Source of the DNA: Octopus sinensis
Taxonomy: Eukaryota
Direction: 5' to 3'
Length of the DNA stretch: 64,000 bases
Assembly: GCF_006345805.1 (NCBI RefSeq)
Contig: NC_043000.1
Location: forward strand, 81,840,001-81,904,000
The translations under genes were made by a program, and so were the position numbers. Shown one piece after another: positions 48,405-64,000 of this stretch (positions are counted from its first letter, which is position 1; each line of letters begins with the position of its first letter). A model generated the notes under the pieces. The model was given only the letters and a program-made list of their open reading frames with translations, had not been told where the DNA came from and did no database searches.

Positions 48405-49376
48405 CCTTAATGTAATCCAATTTGGGTTGCATTTGAACTCATAACTTAATGGAACAGAAGAAAATACCTAAAGATTCTTTGCATGTTCTTTCATCATCAC
48501 CACTACCACCACCACCACAACCACCACCACCACCACCACCATCACCACCACCATCACCATCACCATCACCACCACCACCACCACCACCACACCACCACCA
48601 CCACCACCACCATGCTGCTGCCACTACCACGCTGCTGACATCACCTCGCTGCTACCACCACCACACTGCTGCCACCACCACGCTGCTGCCAACACCATGT
48701 TACTGCCACCACATCCAACACCACTATCATATTGTCGAAACAGACACACATTAGAACATTTACACATTTTTTAACAAAAAAGAATGTTAAAATATCACTA
48801 CCACCACTGCCACCACTATCTCCACTTCACTGCAAACCACTACCAACACTACCACTGCCATTACCACCAACAATAACACTGTCACCACCAACCACCACTA
48901 TCACCATCATCACCACCACAACAGGTATACATATATCATTATACTAATTGACAGAAATATCAAGCCCTGTTAGACACAGACTGTTGACTGCAGCTGTTGA
49001 CTTCTCATTGTTGTTGTGGCGGTGGTTTTGGTGGAAGTGGTTGTGGCTGTTGTGGAGGTTACTATGGTGGTGGCTGAGATGATGGTTATTGTGGTAGTGG
49101 TTGTTGGGTGGTGGTTGTGGCTATTGTGGTTCTTGTAGTAGTTTTAGTGAAGTGATGCCCCAACATGGCCACAGTCTAATAGATAAAAGATAAAAGATTT
49201 ATGCATGTGATGTGTGTGAGAAAGTATGTGTATGTATGTGTGTGTGCATGTGTATGTATGTGTGTGCATGTGTGTGTAAGTGCATATGTGTGTATGTGTA
49301 CATGTGTGTGCATGTGTGTGTGTGCATGTGTGTGTATGTGTTTGTGCATGTATATGAGTATGCATGTGTGTATGAG

Positions 49377-49409
<33 letters not shown>

Positions 49410-50255
49410 CACAGTTCTGTTGGTTTGACATTATATAATAATTGTATAATGTAGGTCCCTGCAATGTATGCAGTGATCTCTGTTTCCAATCTTTTGTGAA
49501 AACCTGTCTGGCTATGAGAAAATACTACCTTACTTGGAAACAGGTGAAGGTTGGCTACAGGAAGGGCATCCAACTGTAGAAAATCTGCCTCAACCAAGCA
49601 AGCATGGATAAGTGAACATTAGAATAATGATGATGATGATGAAAACGATGATGATGATGATGACAATGATGATGACAACAATGATGATATATACTGCAAA
49701 CTCTAACATTCGATGAGAAATAGTATGGAATGCAGTGTGTCAATCTGTACATGTTGCACTCAGCACTGTTCAATTTATTTCTTTTCACATTCCGTAAATA
49801 TATAAATAAATAAATAAATAAATAAATGAATTAATAAATAAATAAATGTGGATATACATGAAAGATATTTATTTTACAATTGATACTTATATACACACAA
49901 CAATGAAAAATAAACATTGTTTGGCCAATATTTATCTATACACTACCAACAAAAGTACATATACAATAACTACTTTGCAACCAATAGTCTTAGATTCAGT
50001 ATTACTGTGTGGGGCCTAAGGCAAGTTTCTTCGGGCCAACCAATATCTTCCAAATGAAATTGGGAAACTGAATGGAAACCCATCATATATACATATATGT
50101 GTGTCTATATCTATGTGTGTGTGCATACTTATGTATGTATATCTGTGTATTTATATACAGACATATACATATTCATAGCTATCTGTCTGTCTGTTTATCT
50201 ATATCTATATCTATATTTATATATACATACATACATACATACATACATACATACA

Positions 50256-50301
<46 letters not shown>

Positions 50302-51155
50302 AGCACAGGAGTGGCTGTGTGGTAAGTAGCTTGCTTACCAACCACATGGTTCTGGGTTCAGTCCCACTGCATGGCACCTTGGGCAAGTGACTTCTACTAT
50401 AGCCTCGGGCTGACCAAAGCCTTGTGAGTGGATTTGGTAGACAGAAACTGAAAGAAGCCTGTCAACTTTGCCTTTCGTTCTTTTAGGGTCACTAAAATAA
50501 GTACCAGTTGAGCACTGGAGTCAATGTAATGTCTTATCCCTCCCTCAAAATATCTGGCCTTGTGCCAAACTAATATTTTTATGCATCCTATATAAATAAA
50601 TATTCTGATGTACTCATCAAAAATTGCATCTAAACAGAAATGAATTTTTAAGAAATTAAAATCAACATTTCTGATTGTCACTAGATAGTTTTTACATTCA
50701 ATATTTTGAGTCAATATTCCACCAAGATTGACTTTGCCTTTCATCCTTTCAGGATCAATAAAATAGGCACCAGTGAGCATTGGTGATCGATGTAATCAAC
50801 TTACTCCTTTCCCTGAAATTGCCAGCCTTGTGCCAAAATTTGAAACCAATATTTTGAGTCAGTGAGGAAACTATTATGTGGCTACTCAATTTGTCCGTAA
50901 AACAGTGAAATCTCCTCCAAATTACACCCAATTGTCATTATAAAACGAAGTACACATTGAATAATGTGGTCCTGGACACATAGTACATGAAAGGGGGAAA
51001 AAAATGATAGGTTGCTCTTGACTGAAATGCTTTCTAGTATAGATGTTTTGTCAGTGTTGACCTAAGGTTAACAAAAAACAGCCTCCACAGCACAAAAGAA
51101 AAACAAGACAACAGCAGCAGCAGCAGCAACAACAACAAAAACAACAAAAACAACA

Positions 51156-51192
<37 letters not shown>

Positions 51193-51528
51193 ACTACTAC
51201 TACTACTACTACTACTGTTGTAAAAGCAACAGTAATATTGAACACTTTGATGGTCACATTTTATTTCCAGATGAAAGAGCACTTATATCCGTTTGCATTA
51301 TGGGTAATTAATATAAGGGAATTATATAACACTTGTTATTTTTATATATTTTGACATTTGTTTTGTTTTTAATGAAATTTTCTGTGGTCCTTAAATATTT
51401 ATTTATGTATATGCATGCATGTACGTGAGTGCCTGTGTGTGTGTGTACATACACACACATATATATACAAACACACACACTCACAAACACAAACACCCAC
51501 CAACATATATGTATATATATATATATAT

Positions 51529-52273
51529 CCCCTCCCCTTCTCTCCCCCCTCTTCTCCCCCTCCCCCTCTTCTCCTCACTACACCACATGACTTTACACAT
51601 CACATCACATATGATGTGCCATACTAATACACACACCAACTAATACATACTAATACGTACTAATACATATTAGTACATACTAATACTTACACCAACCCTA
51701 TACATACACACATCCAGACCCCGCATACGCACTTATACTCTCTCACACACACACACACACCTATACATACCAATACGTACTAATACATACTAATACATAC
51801 TAATACATACTAATACATACACCAACCCCATACATACGCACGTCCAGACCAATCCTACGCACTAATACTCTCTCATACACACACACACACACACACACAC
51901 CCTTATACATACTAATACATACACCAACCCTATACATACACACATCCAGACCCCTCCCACGCACTTTTAGCTGGTCCCTCAACCCTTTTATCAATCCTAT
52001 TATCTCCCCTTATTTCGCTCTCGCGTCTCATGTTTGATCTTTGACCTCTGGCCGAAATCAGATCGCCATGTTGATTCGTTAGCTACTGCACGCATTTTTT
52101 TTCTCTCCTTCTTTCTGTGTTTTTCTCTCTCTGTGTATCTTTCTGTTGAAGAGCGTAGGCTCGAAACGTTAAAGACTTGTTTTATTTATATTTCCTGAGC
52201 GCCATACTAATACAATTGTTCATTTGTTTTCCACCTGCCTTCGTCTTTTGTTTATTTTCATAAAGCTTCCCGT

Positions 52274-52275
<2 letters not shown>
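51529..52275 (+). mobile_element. Non-autonomous PLE-derived element, copy B
   Basis: Inverted homologue of 7003-7700; ends GCTTCCCGTTA followed by (TA)n. Confidence 0.6.
52138..52175 (+). ncRNA. Variant minimal type I hammerhead motif (identical to 7103-7140)
   Basis: TCTTT-CTGTTGA-A-GAGC-GTAG-GCTC-GAAA-CG-T-T-AAAGA. Confidence 0.5.
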
Positions 52276-52305
<30 letters not shown>

Positions 52306-52493
52306 CATACATGCACACATTTATATATTTTAGTTATATCAAGGGCATTACTATACATAAATGCCCTTAATATAAATAAATATATTTAAAGGGAATACTT
52401 AATTTATTTTTTCTTTATGAGGTTTTTCATGCTAACTACTTGATAAATTCTTATAAAGTTTTTATCCTATTTTTAAATCATATATATAGATAT

Positions 52494-52564
<71 letters not shown>

Positions 52565-52784
52565 CACATATATATATATACACATACATACATACCTGTC
52601 TCTTTCTTTATATAAATATATATATATGTGTATATGTATATATGATGAAGATGATGATGATGATGATGATGATGAGAATGATGCTGCTGCTGATGATGAT
52701 GATAATATGTTTACATACAAACAAATATTTTCAGAGAGAGAAGGAGAAGAAAGAGAAACATATATGCATACAGATGTATATATA

Positions 52785-52852
<68 letters not shown>

Positions 52853-53130
52853 CATACATATATACATACATACATATATACATGCATACATACATACACG
52901 CACACATGCACATACACACATATATATGTATAAATCCTTAAAATCCTTAAAAATGTTTTAGCCCGAAGGCTGCAGCCATGCTGGGGCACCACTGCTGAAA
53001 TATCAACGTTGCCGATAGGATATGATGAAGATGATGATGATGATGATGATGATGATAATATGTTTACATACAAACAAATAGTTTCAGAGAGAGAAGTAGG
53101 GAGAAAGAGAAACATATATGCATACAGATG

Positions 53131-53165
<35 letters not shown>

Positions 53166-53213
53166 ATATATCATACATACATACATACATACATACATAC
53201 ATACATACATACA

Positions 53214-53245
<32 letters not shown>

Positions 53246-53761
53246 CACACACACACATGCACATACACACATATATATGTATGTATACACATACACATTT
53301 ATATATACAATATATATATGTGTGTGTGTGTATAAATATATAAATATATAAATATATAAGCACAAATATTTAGGTGGGTGGGTGTTGTGATCAACCTTAT
53401 AGTATTTACATTTATAATCACAAATAGAAATGATCATTGTCTTGATATGAAATGTTTTTCAGTTCTAGTGCCAAAAGAAAGCCCTTCAGGGCTATGAGCA
53501 CTGTTGCAATCACTGATACCAAGATTTTTATCAAAATAGACTTGTAAAGAACAAAAAACAAATAAAAAAAAATCCCTATCACAACAATAGCAACAACAGC
53601 CATAACAATAATAATGGTTTCTAATTCATGTACAATGCCAGCAGTTTTGAAAGGAAAGTTTGATCAATATTGATGATGCCTGGGTTTAACTGGTATTTTA
53701 TCTTATCATACCCAGGAGGGATAAAAGGCAAACTTGTATGTATATGTATGTAATTCTATAT

Positions 53762-53827
<66 letters not shown>

Positions 53828-53870
53828 TATAATATATATATATATACATGCATACACACACACATACACA

Positions 53871-53910
<40 letters not shown>

Positions 53911-53949
53911 TATACATATATATGTATATATATAAATATATACATATAT

Positions 53950-55070
53950 ATAGACTGTGTGACACATGTGTGTGAACAGCCATGCTACATGGCAGTGAAA
54001 CATGGGCTGTGACTGCTGAGGACATGTGTAAGCTTGTAAGGAATGAAGTGAGCATGCTCCGCTGAATGTGCAATATTAGTGTGCATACAGGACAGTGTGT
54101 AAGCGCCCTGTGAGGACAGGTGTGTGAAAAAGTGTCACACCCTAGCAGTTGAGGGATCCTGTGAAAACCTGGGATGAGGTGGTGAAGCATGACCTTCAAA
54201 CATTGGGCCTTACCTAGGCAATGACTATTGACCGGGACCTTTGCAGATATGCTGTGCTTGAGAAGACCTGACAAGCTAAATGAGACCATAGCCCATGGCC
54301 TATGCCAGTGGGTGTAACCAGCCCATTTATGAATACCCCTCATTCATTGGACAATAAATCTTGCATGTGAAGACCTATTGAGGCAAGTGAAATCAAAATC
54401 AAAATTACTGACATGGCCAATGACAGTACTGCCTGATTGGCACTCATGCCAGTGGAATGTTAAAAGCACGTTCGAACGTGGGGTGTAACCAGCCCACTTA
54501 TGAGTACCTTTCATTCATTGGACAATGAACTTTGCTTGTGAAGACTTATTGAAGCAAATGTAAACATATCAAAATTGCTGACATGGCCGATGACAGTACC
54601 GCCTGATTGGCACTCATGCCAGTGGAATGTTAAAAGGACATCTGAGCATGATCGTTGCCAGAGCCACGGATTGGCTCCCATACTGGTGACATGTGAAAAG
54701 CACCATTCAAGCGTGATCGTTGCTAGTGTCGCCTTACTGGCACATGTGCTGGTGGCACATATAACACAACATTCGAGCATGGTTGTTGCTAGTGCCGCTG
54801 GACTGGCTCCATGCAGGTAGCACATACAAACACCTTTTGAGCGTGGTCGTTGCCAGAACTGCCTGACTGGCCCTTGTGCCAGTAGTTCGTAAAAGCACCC
54901 ACTACATTCTTGGAGTGGTTGGCATTAGGAAGGGCATCCAGCTGTAGAAACTTTGCCAGATAAGATTGAGCCTGGTGCAGCCTCTGGCTCACCAGTCCTC
55001 AGTCAAACTCTCCAACCTATGCCAGCATGGAAAGTCGACATTAAACGATGATGATGATGATGATGATGAT
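53950..55070 (+). mobile_element. RTE 3' end with a duplicated UTR segment and (GAT)n tail
   Basis: ACV.TAMLHGSETWAVTAEDM-like coding remnant, 171-bp direct duplication (units at 54310 and 54481), GGAAGGGCATCC box. Confidence 0.8.
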
Positions 55071-55344
55071 ATATATATATATATATAATGATAATAATAA
55101 TAATATTAGGGAATATAACTCCAAACTTACAGGGAAAAATTCAATTTAGTATTAAATCAAATTTCACAATATAAATAAATAAAATATATATAAATTAGAG
55201 AAAAACCACTATTACGCAATTCAAACAATGATAGACATAAACCGAATCATTAAGAAAATATAAAATATATTTTAAAACATATGACTAGATCACAAAAAGT
55301 ACAAGTCTTTTTACTTATTATATATCTTTTATTGGTTTTTTTTT

Positions 55345-55776
55345 GTACTTTTTGTGATCTAGTTATACTCTTTTACTCTTTTTACTCTTTTACTTGTTTC
55401 ACTCAATTGACTGCGGCCATGCTGGAGCACCGCCTTTAGTCGAGCAAATCGACCCCGGGACTTATTCTTTGTAAGCCCAGTACTTATTCTATCGGTCTCT
55501 TTTGCCGAACCGCTAAGTGAAGGGGACGTAAACACACCAGCATTGGTTGTCAAGCAATGCTAGGGGGACAAACACAGGCACACAAACACACACACACACA
55601 CACATATATATTTATACATATATACGACAGGCTTCTTTCAGTTTCTGCCTACCAAATCCACTCACAAGGCTTTGGTCGGCCTGGGGCTATAGCAGAAGAC
55701 ACTTGCCCAAGATGCCACGCAGTGGGACTGAACCCGGAACCATGTGGTTGGTTAGCAAGCTACTTACCACACAGCC
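55345..55776 (-). mobile_element. SINE family A, young copy
   Basis: CpG-retaining reverse-complement copy with an (AAAAGAGT)n-like tail. Confidence 0.9.
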
Positions 55777-55924
55777 AATGTTTTATAATATATTTTATTT
55801 TCTATTTATGATTTGGTTTATGTCTATCATTGTTTGAATTACATAATAGTGGTTTTTCTCTAATTTATATATATATTATATATATATATATGCATACATA
55901 TTTGTTATATATACATACTTGTGA

Positions 55925-55986
<62 letters not shown>

Positions 55987-56950
55987 ATATATTTGTATGT
56001 ATGTGTATATATACATACATACATGTGTATATATATATAAATATACATACACACACACATACACACACAAACACACACATATATATATCCCTCCCTTTAT
56101 TTTGCCCTCCCTCTACACTATATCATCCACTGCAGTTCCCACCACAACCACTATCCTGATACCACTTTTCTTTCCTGCTACTCAGAATCATCTCACTGAT
56201 TAGCCATTCTTTATCCATTAACATTGTTCTCCACACCTACATGCTACAATGGCTTTCCCCACCCCTGGACCACCAAATTATCTCTCCTCATGTATTACAC
56301 CTGTTTTATCTCTTCACTCTAACCCTGCAGCCTGCACAAGCTTCTCTCTCTCTCTCTCTCTTTTCTCCCTACTGTCAATGGTAGGTAGGGAGAGAGGGAG
56401 GCATCCCTGTAGCCTTCCAAGCTTGTACAACTCCTGTCAACCTGTACAGATGTTGCCTTCTGCCCTCTCCCACTTTGACTATTTCTTACCTCCTATACGC
56501 ACTTGCAAATCCCCATTCCGTCCACCCTCTTCTGCTCCTGCTAGTTGTGTTTCCACCTGGATACCTTGTCGCCATTTTCTATCTCCTTGGAGACATCTCT
56601 TGTTAATTCTCAATGTGTCTCCTAAATAAAAGTAGTCATGTAGCTCCTCCACAACAAGGACCTACTCTACTCTAACCTCTTTCCTCTTATCTAACAAAAT
56701 GGTTGTAAAATCCTTCCTTCTTTGGTTTGTTGATTTGTGATCTACATGATGATCTCAGTAGCATGATAAAAGCACCCAGCATACATAGTAATGTAGTTGG
56801 TATTAGGAAGGGCATCCAACCATAGAAACCATGCCAAAGCAGATGCTGGCCTACGATGCAGTCCTTGACTCATTGGATCCTTGTCAAACTGTCCAACCTA
56901 TGCCAGCATGGAACATGGGCATTAAATGATGAGGATGATGATGGTGAGGA

Positions 56951-56990
<40 letters not shown>

Positions 56991-57219
56991 CACATACATA
57001 CATATAAACCATTAATCTGCATGAACTTTTTCTCTCTGTTTTTTTCGTTCTCTCTCCATTTTATGTTTTCTTCTCATCCCTTTCTATCAAAGAGCATAAG
57101 TTTGAAACATCAAAGGCTTTTCCATCCTTTCTGGGTATCAAAAAAATGCACTTGTCTGTTGTTCCCTTACCTGTCTTCATGTTTTGTTTTATGTCAATTT
57201 AAACAATATATATATATAT

Positions 57220-57252
<33 letters not shown>

Positions 57253-57264
57253 TATATCATCATC

Positions 57265-58000
57265 ATTATCATCATCATCGTTTAACATCCGCTTTCCATG
57301 CTAGCATGGGTTGGACGGTTCAACTGGGGTCTGGGAAGCCAGAAGGCTGCACCGGGCCCAATCTGATCTGGCAGTGTTTCTACAGCTGGATGCCCTTCCT
57401 AATGCCAACCACTCTGTGAGTGTAGTGGGTGCTTTTTACGTGCCAGATGAGGCTGGCAAACGGCCACGATCGGATGGTGCTTTTTACGTGCCACAGGGTG
57501 GTGCTGGCTATGGTCACGTTCGGATGGTTCTCTTACGTGCCACCGACACTGGTATTACAGCTACGATTTCCATTGATGTTGATCAAATACGATTTTGATT
57601 TTCACTTGCCTCAACAGGTCTTCACAAGTGGAGTTTTGTGTCCCAAGAAGGAAAGGAATGCATAAGTGAGCTGGCTACATCCCAGGTAGAGGCTACGGGA
57701 TTATGGCCTCACTTGTCCTGCTGGGTCTTCTCACGCACAGCATACTTCCAAAGGTCTCGGTCTCTAGTCATTTCCTCGGTGAGACCTAAAGTTCGAAGGT
57801 CGTGCTTCACCACCTCGTCCCAGGTTTTCCTGGGTCTACCTCTTCCACAGGTTCCCTCAACTGCTAGGGTGTGGCACTTTTTCACACAACTATCTTCATC
57901 CATTCTCACCACATGACCATACCAGCGCAAACGTCTCTCTTGAACACCACAAGTGATGCTTCTTAGGTTCAACTTCTCTCTCAAGGTACTTACACTCTGT
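57265..58000 (-). mobile_element. RTE 3' end with composite UTR
   Basis: ORF 57709-57984 (RLRWYGHVVRMDE...GRGRPRKTWDEVVKHDLRTLGLTEEMT) plus UTR and (GAT)n. Confidence 0.9.
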
Positions 58001-58500
58001 ATATATATATCATCATCATCGTTTAACGTCCGTTTTCCGCGCTAGCACGGGTTGGACGGTTTCGACCGGGGTCTGGGGAGCAAGGGACTGCCCCAGGCTC
58101 CAGTCTAGTCTGGCAGAGTTTCTACAGCTGGATGCCCTTCCTAACGCCAACCACTCCGCGAGTGTAGTGGGTGTTTTTTATGTGCCACCTGCACAGGTAC
58201 CAGAGGGGTCTGGCATCGGCCACGTTCGGATGGTGCTTTTTTTATGTGGGGGGGGGGGTGCAGAAATATAGGGGAGCACCAGTGGGGAGGGGTGGTTCAG
58301 AGAAATGATGACAGGTTCTAGGCAAGTAGAACGTAGGATATCAAGAGAGGGGTAATGCATGGTGAAATAGCGTATTGAAGAGGGGGGTTCGAAGAGTAGA
58401 CACCTATTATGGTGGTGGGAGAAGCGACATCCGGGATGGATGGAGCAAAAATATAGAGATATCCAGTATTGGTGGTGGGGGTGGGCAGGGCGGGTGCACC

Positions 58501-60799
<2,299 letters not shown>

Positions 60800-61654
60800 T
60801 ATATATATGTATATATATAAACCATACCAGTCACTTGCAAGCAAGCATAGACACCCTCTTAGCCCTTCTACTTTTGACATAACCAAACATCCAGGATGTG
60901 ATGGCTATATGGAGAAGGGACTGTGTCAGTATTGGGCTTATACTCCATTTCAGCTGAGTGTAGTGGAGCACAATGATTGAAGAAACATCACACAACATAT
61001 TCTAGGAATAGAATTCATGACCTTATGACTATAAGCCTAACGCCCCTACCATTAGGTCAACAGACACACAGAATTAACTATCACAGCAAACTTCAAGGTT
61101 ACAAGGTACCAAATCATCTTCTTTTGTGAATGTTCGTATATGAATCATAGTTTATACGCATATGGAATAAATTATGTGGAAATAAATTTTAGTGTTTAGT
61201 TACTTAATGAGGTAAGATTTTGATAAAAATTCTCTGTAACCAGTCATATAACTTTTGTAACATTTAGCCTGTAATTTGAGGACCAGCAGCAGGTCACTTA
61301 GTTAACTAAATACTGTATGACATCTAACGATCTGCCTATTTTTTTGTTATCAGATGGGTCGTTTTGAAATATAATTCCTTCCTGACTTCTGCTAAGCTTT
61401 GTTCTCTTGTCTCTTAGGCGGTCACTCTATATCATATAACAGCTCTGGTTACAGTTCACTCTCATTTAAATTTTCACACACCCAATCATCCCTTTTCTTG
61501 CAGTAGTTTGCCACCCTAGCCACTATAACAGACACCACACCCTATAACTCACTTTCATGTTAATTCACCTACTGTCGCTGACCAACCTCTGTTTGTTGTC
61601 TAATTGTCACCTGCATTAACAGAGTTTCTTAGCATAGCAGAATTAAAAAAATTG

Positions 61655-62030
61655 TGGCTGTGTGTTAAGAAGCTTGTTTTCCAACCATATGGTTCTTGGT
61701 TCAGTCCAATTGCATGGCACATTGAGCAAGTGTCTTCTACTATGGCCTCAGGCATACCAAAGCTTTGTGAGTAGATTTGGTAGACATAAACAGAAAGAAG
61801 CCCATTGCATATATGTATATATATATATATCTATGTGTCTGTGTTTGTCCTTCAACCACCACCACCACCACTACTGCCATTTAACAACTGCTGTTGCTGT
61901 GTGTATGTCCGAATAAGTACCAGGCTTTACAAAACATAAGCTCAGGGGCTAATTTGTTCAATTAAAGGGTTCTTCAAGGTGGTGTTCTAATGCAGTCCAA
62001 TAACTGAAACAAATAAAAGATAAAAGATAT
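61655..62030 (+). mobile_element. SINE family A
   Basis: GGCTGTGTGTTAAG...GGTTCAGTCC head, body and ATAAAAG tail. Confidence 0.8.
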
Positions 62031-62045
62031 AAACACACACACGCG

Positions 62046-62124
<79 letters not shown>

Positions 62125-62569
62125 ACACACAGACACACACACACACACACATAGAAACACAGACACACAACACAATGCATGCACACACACGCACATGCAC
62201 ATCACACACATGTTGAATGCATATGTGTTTTTCTGTGTGTGTGTTTGTGTAAAACAAAAGCCAGCTAAACAAAATAAGTCAGAGTGGTCAGTTGTATGGA
62301 TCTGGACAACAAAGACTAACAAATTTATATTAAGTATTTGTTTAGATTATCTTCACTGCCAGAGAAGATTAACAAACACCTAGCAGTAATTGCAACTAAC
62401 TCTACACGAATAGGGAGAGATAATTTAATGAATCAAGAATTCTCTGGAAATGACATGCTGTTAAAAAACATAAATACTATTTATTTCTGAAGATAAGAAA
62501 ATAACAGCTGTTTTCATTTGCTTGTGTGTGTGTGTATGTATGAATAAATATATATATATATATATATGT

Positions 62570-62877
62570 GGAGGCGCAATGGCCCAGTGGTTAGGGCAGC
62601 GGACTCGGGGTCGTAGGATCGCGGTTTCGACTCTCAGACCGGGCGTTGTGAGTGTTTATTGAGCGAAAACACCTAAAGCTCCACGAGGCTCTGGCAGGGG
62701 GTGGTGGCGGTCCCTGCTGTACTCTTTCGCCACAACTTTCTCTCACTCTTCTTCTGTTGGCCTGCTCACTTAGCCAGCAGGGTGGCGTCATTTGAAGGCT
62801 AAAACAATGCGAAGCGCATTGTGACCAGCAATGTGTAGCAACATCTGATAGCCTGGTCGGTCACGTGATCACGTGAT
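62570..62877 (+). mobile_element. tRNA-derived SINE family D, apparently full length, in a (TA)n site
   Basis: GGAGGCGCAATGGCCCAGTGGTTAGGGC (A box)...GGTTTCGACTC (B-box-like); ends GGTCACGTGATCACGTGA then TATA. Confidence 0.8.
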
Positions 62878-63807
62878 ATATATACATATATGTAGTTATA
62901 CATGCACTAACAAATATACACATACAAACACATACATATGCATCCATATATGCGTGTGTGTGTGTGTGTGTGTGCATGTGTTTATTGTGTATGGATGGGA
63001 GCATCTACATAGAGAAGTGTTGATTGCAGAGTATGGATAAAACCAGTTGAAGAAGGAGACAAAGACAGACGTGGGATAAAGTAGTAAAGACCTGAGGATT
63101 TGAAGATCATAAAGGAGATGAAGTAGATCAAAATAATTGGTTATTTGTTGAGATTGAGAAGAATAGCCCATCTCAATAAAAACTGGAAGTCCTTAAAACA
63201 TTATTTATGTCTATTCTCTGGTACCCAATCTGTCCTAGTCAAGCCATCCCCACAACTTATCTTCCTAAAATCCCTTCCTCCCTCCATCACTGTTCTACCT
63301 ATGGTACTGTTCACTCAACTGCTGTAATTATACAAGGAAAAATATTTCAATATATTCATCTTTGTTTGTTTTTATGTTCAGTCTTTTATATCCTTTCTGC
63401 CATAGGCACACGGCCTTGAATTCTAGAGGAGGGAACTAGTCAATTATATTTCATTGGTACTTAATTCATTAACCCCCAAAAGGATGAAAGGCAAAGTTGA
63501 CCTCAGTGGAATTTGAACTCAGAACGTTGTGACGGGTGAAATACTGCTAAGCATTTCATCCAGCATACTTATGATTTTGGCAGTTTGTTGTCTTATGTTC
63601 AGTTATAAAAAAAATCTAAAGGCTTACTCTATATTTTTGTCAAGTATAAATTTATTATTCTTATACAAGGATGTTGTTGAAAGTGACTTTGAAGTCTGAT
63701 GATGGCTTAGCTGGCTGAAACTTCAAAGCCACTGTCAAGAGCATTTTTGATTATGAGACTGATACGCTGCCCACTGCACTACTGAGGTCACTGTCAAACA
63801 GTCAAAG

Positions 63808-63874
63808 GCTGTTGGTGGGACTTGAACACACATCTCTTGTAAACACAGCAAGCATTCTAACATTGGACCAAAGC
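63808..63874 (-). mobile_element. Decayed tRNA-like SINE head
   Basis: Minus strand TGGTCCAATGTTAG (A-box-like)...GTTCAAGTCC (B box); does not fold as a genuine tRNA. Confidence 0.4.
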
Positions 63875-64000
63875 AATCCATGTATAAGAATTTTAAATAT
63901 ATACACCTTCTCCTTGACCTACAATCAACTTGCATTCTGACTGACAGGTCATTAGTCAATCTGGTCATATGTTAGATTTGTATTTTTCAACACTATTTTC

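Noticed and set aside
52335-52375. Strong hairpin TTATAT-C-AAGGGCATT-(10 nt)-AATGCCCTT-A-ATATAA
   Set aside because: Real inverted repeat but no ribozyme core, TSD or second copy in the window; function unsupported.
56589-56622. GGAGACA/TGTCTCC hairpin as hammerhead helix II
   Set aside because: Neither CUGANGA nor GAAA flanks it.
61395-61520. Acceptor-like CTTTGTTCTCTTGTCTCTTAG followed by a short open frame as a host exon
   Set aside because: Only a weak donor (GTTACA), no recognisable peptide and no supporting neighbouring exons.
62570-62645. Genuine tRNA gene
   Set aside because: A and B boxes are present but there is no acceptor-stem pairing, and it continues into a SINE body found elsewhere in the window.
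63687-63728. CTGATGA-TGGCTTAGCTGGCT-GAAA motif closed by CTTTGAAGT/ACTTCAAAG
   Set aside because: Both core halves are present, but only one flanking helix forms; there is no separate helix I and III or cleavage triplet in register, so it cannot be a cis-acting hammerhead as written.

Overview
Repeat-saturated animal genomic DNA, inferred to be cephalopod (Octopus-like) from its microsatellite load and SINE/RTE repertoire. No host protein-coding exon can be supported. Most listed ORFs are translations of microsatellites, and the rest are decayed transposon ORFs: several RTE-clade LINEs, R4/Dong-like RLE LINEs, Tc1/mariner elements and one Penelope-like element (PLE) with RT and GIY-YIG domains. 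Two structures absent from the ORF track stand out. (1) Five type I hammerhead-ribozyme motifs from four sequence-unrelated families (976-1026 +, 7103-7140 - and 52138-52175 +, 8089-8152 -, 30232-30294 -). Each has a different palindromic helix III and lies in a (TA)n-flanked PLE or putative PLE-derived segment. (2) A young 2.9-kb non-coding LTR retroelement (32436-35320) with TG...CA ends, CCAG target-site duplication, ~1.2-kb LTRs, a duplicated tRNA-Trp-type primer-binding site, a CCAAT/E2F-like/TATA promoter and a variable 51-bp repeat array. Also present: a (TACA)n-targeting LINE cluster, a PHD-like finger inside the RTE ORF, a CpG-retaining candidate promoter near 36 kb, nested DNA transposons and a 248-bp tandem array. 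Coordinates were read by eye. Ends given with TIR/TSD evidence should be exact or nearly so; other boundaries are approximate.
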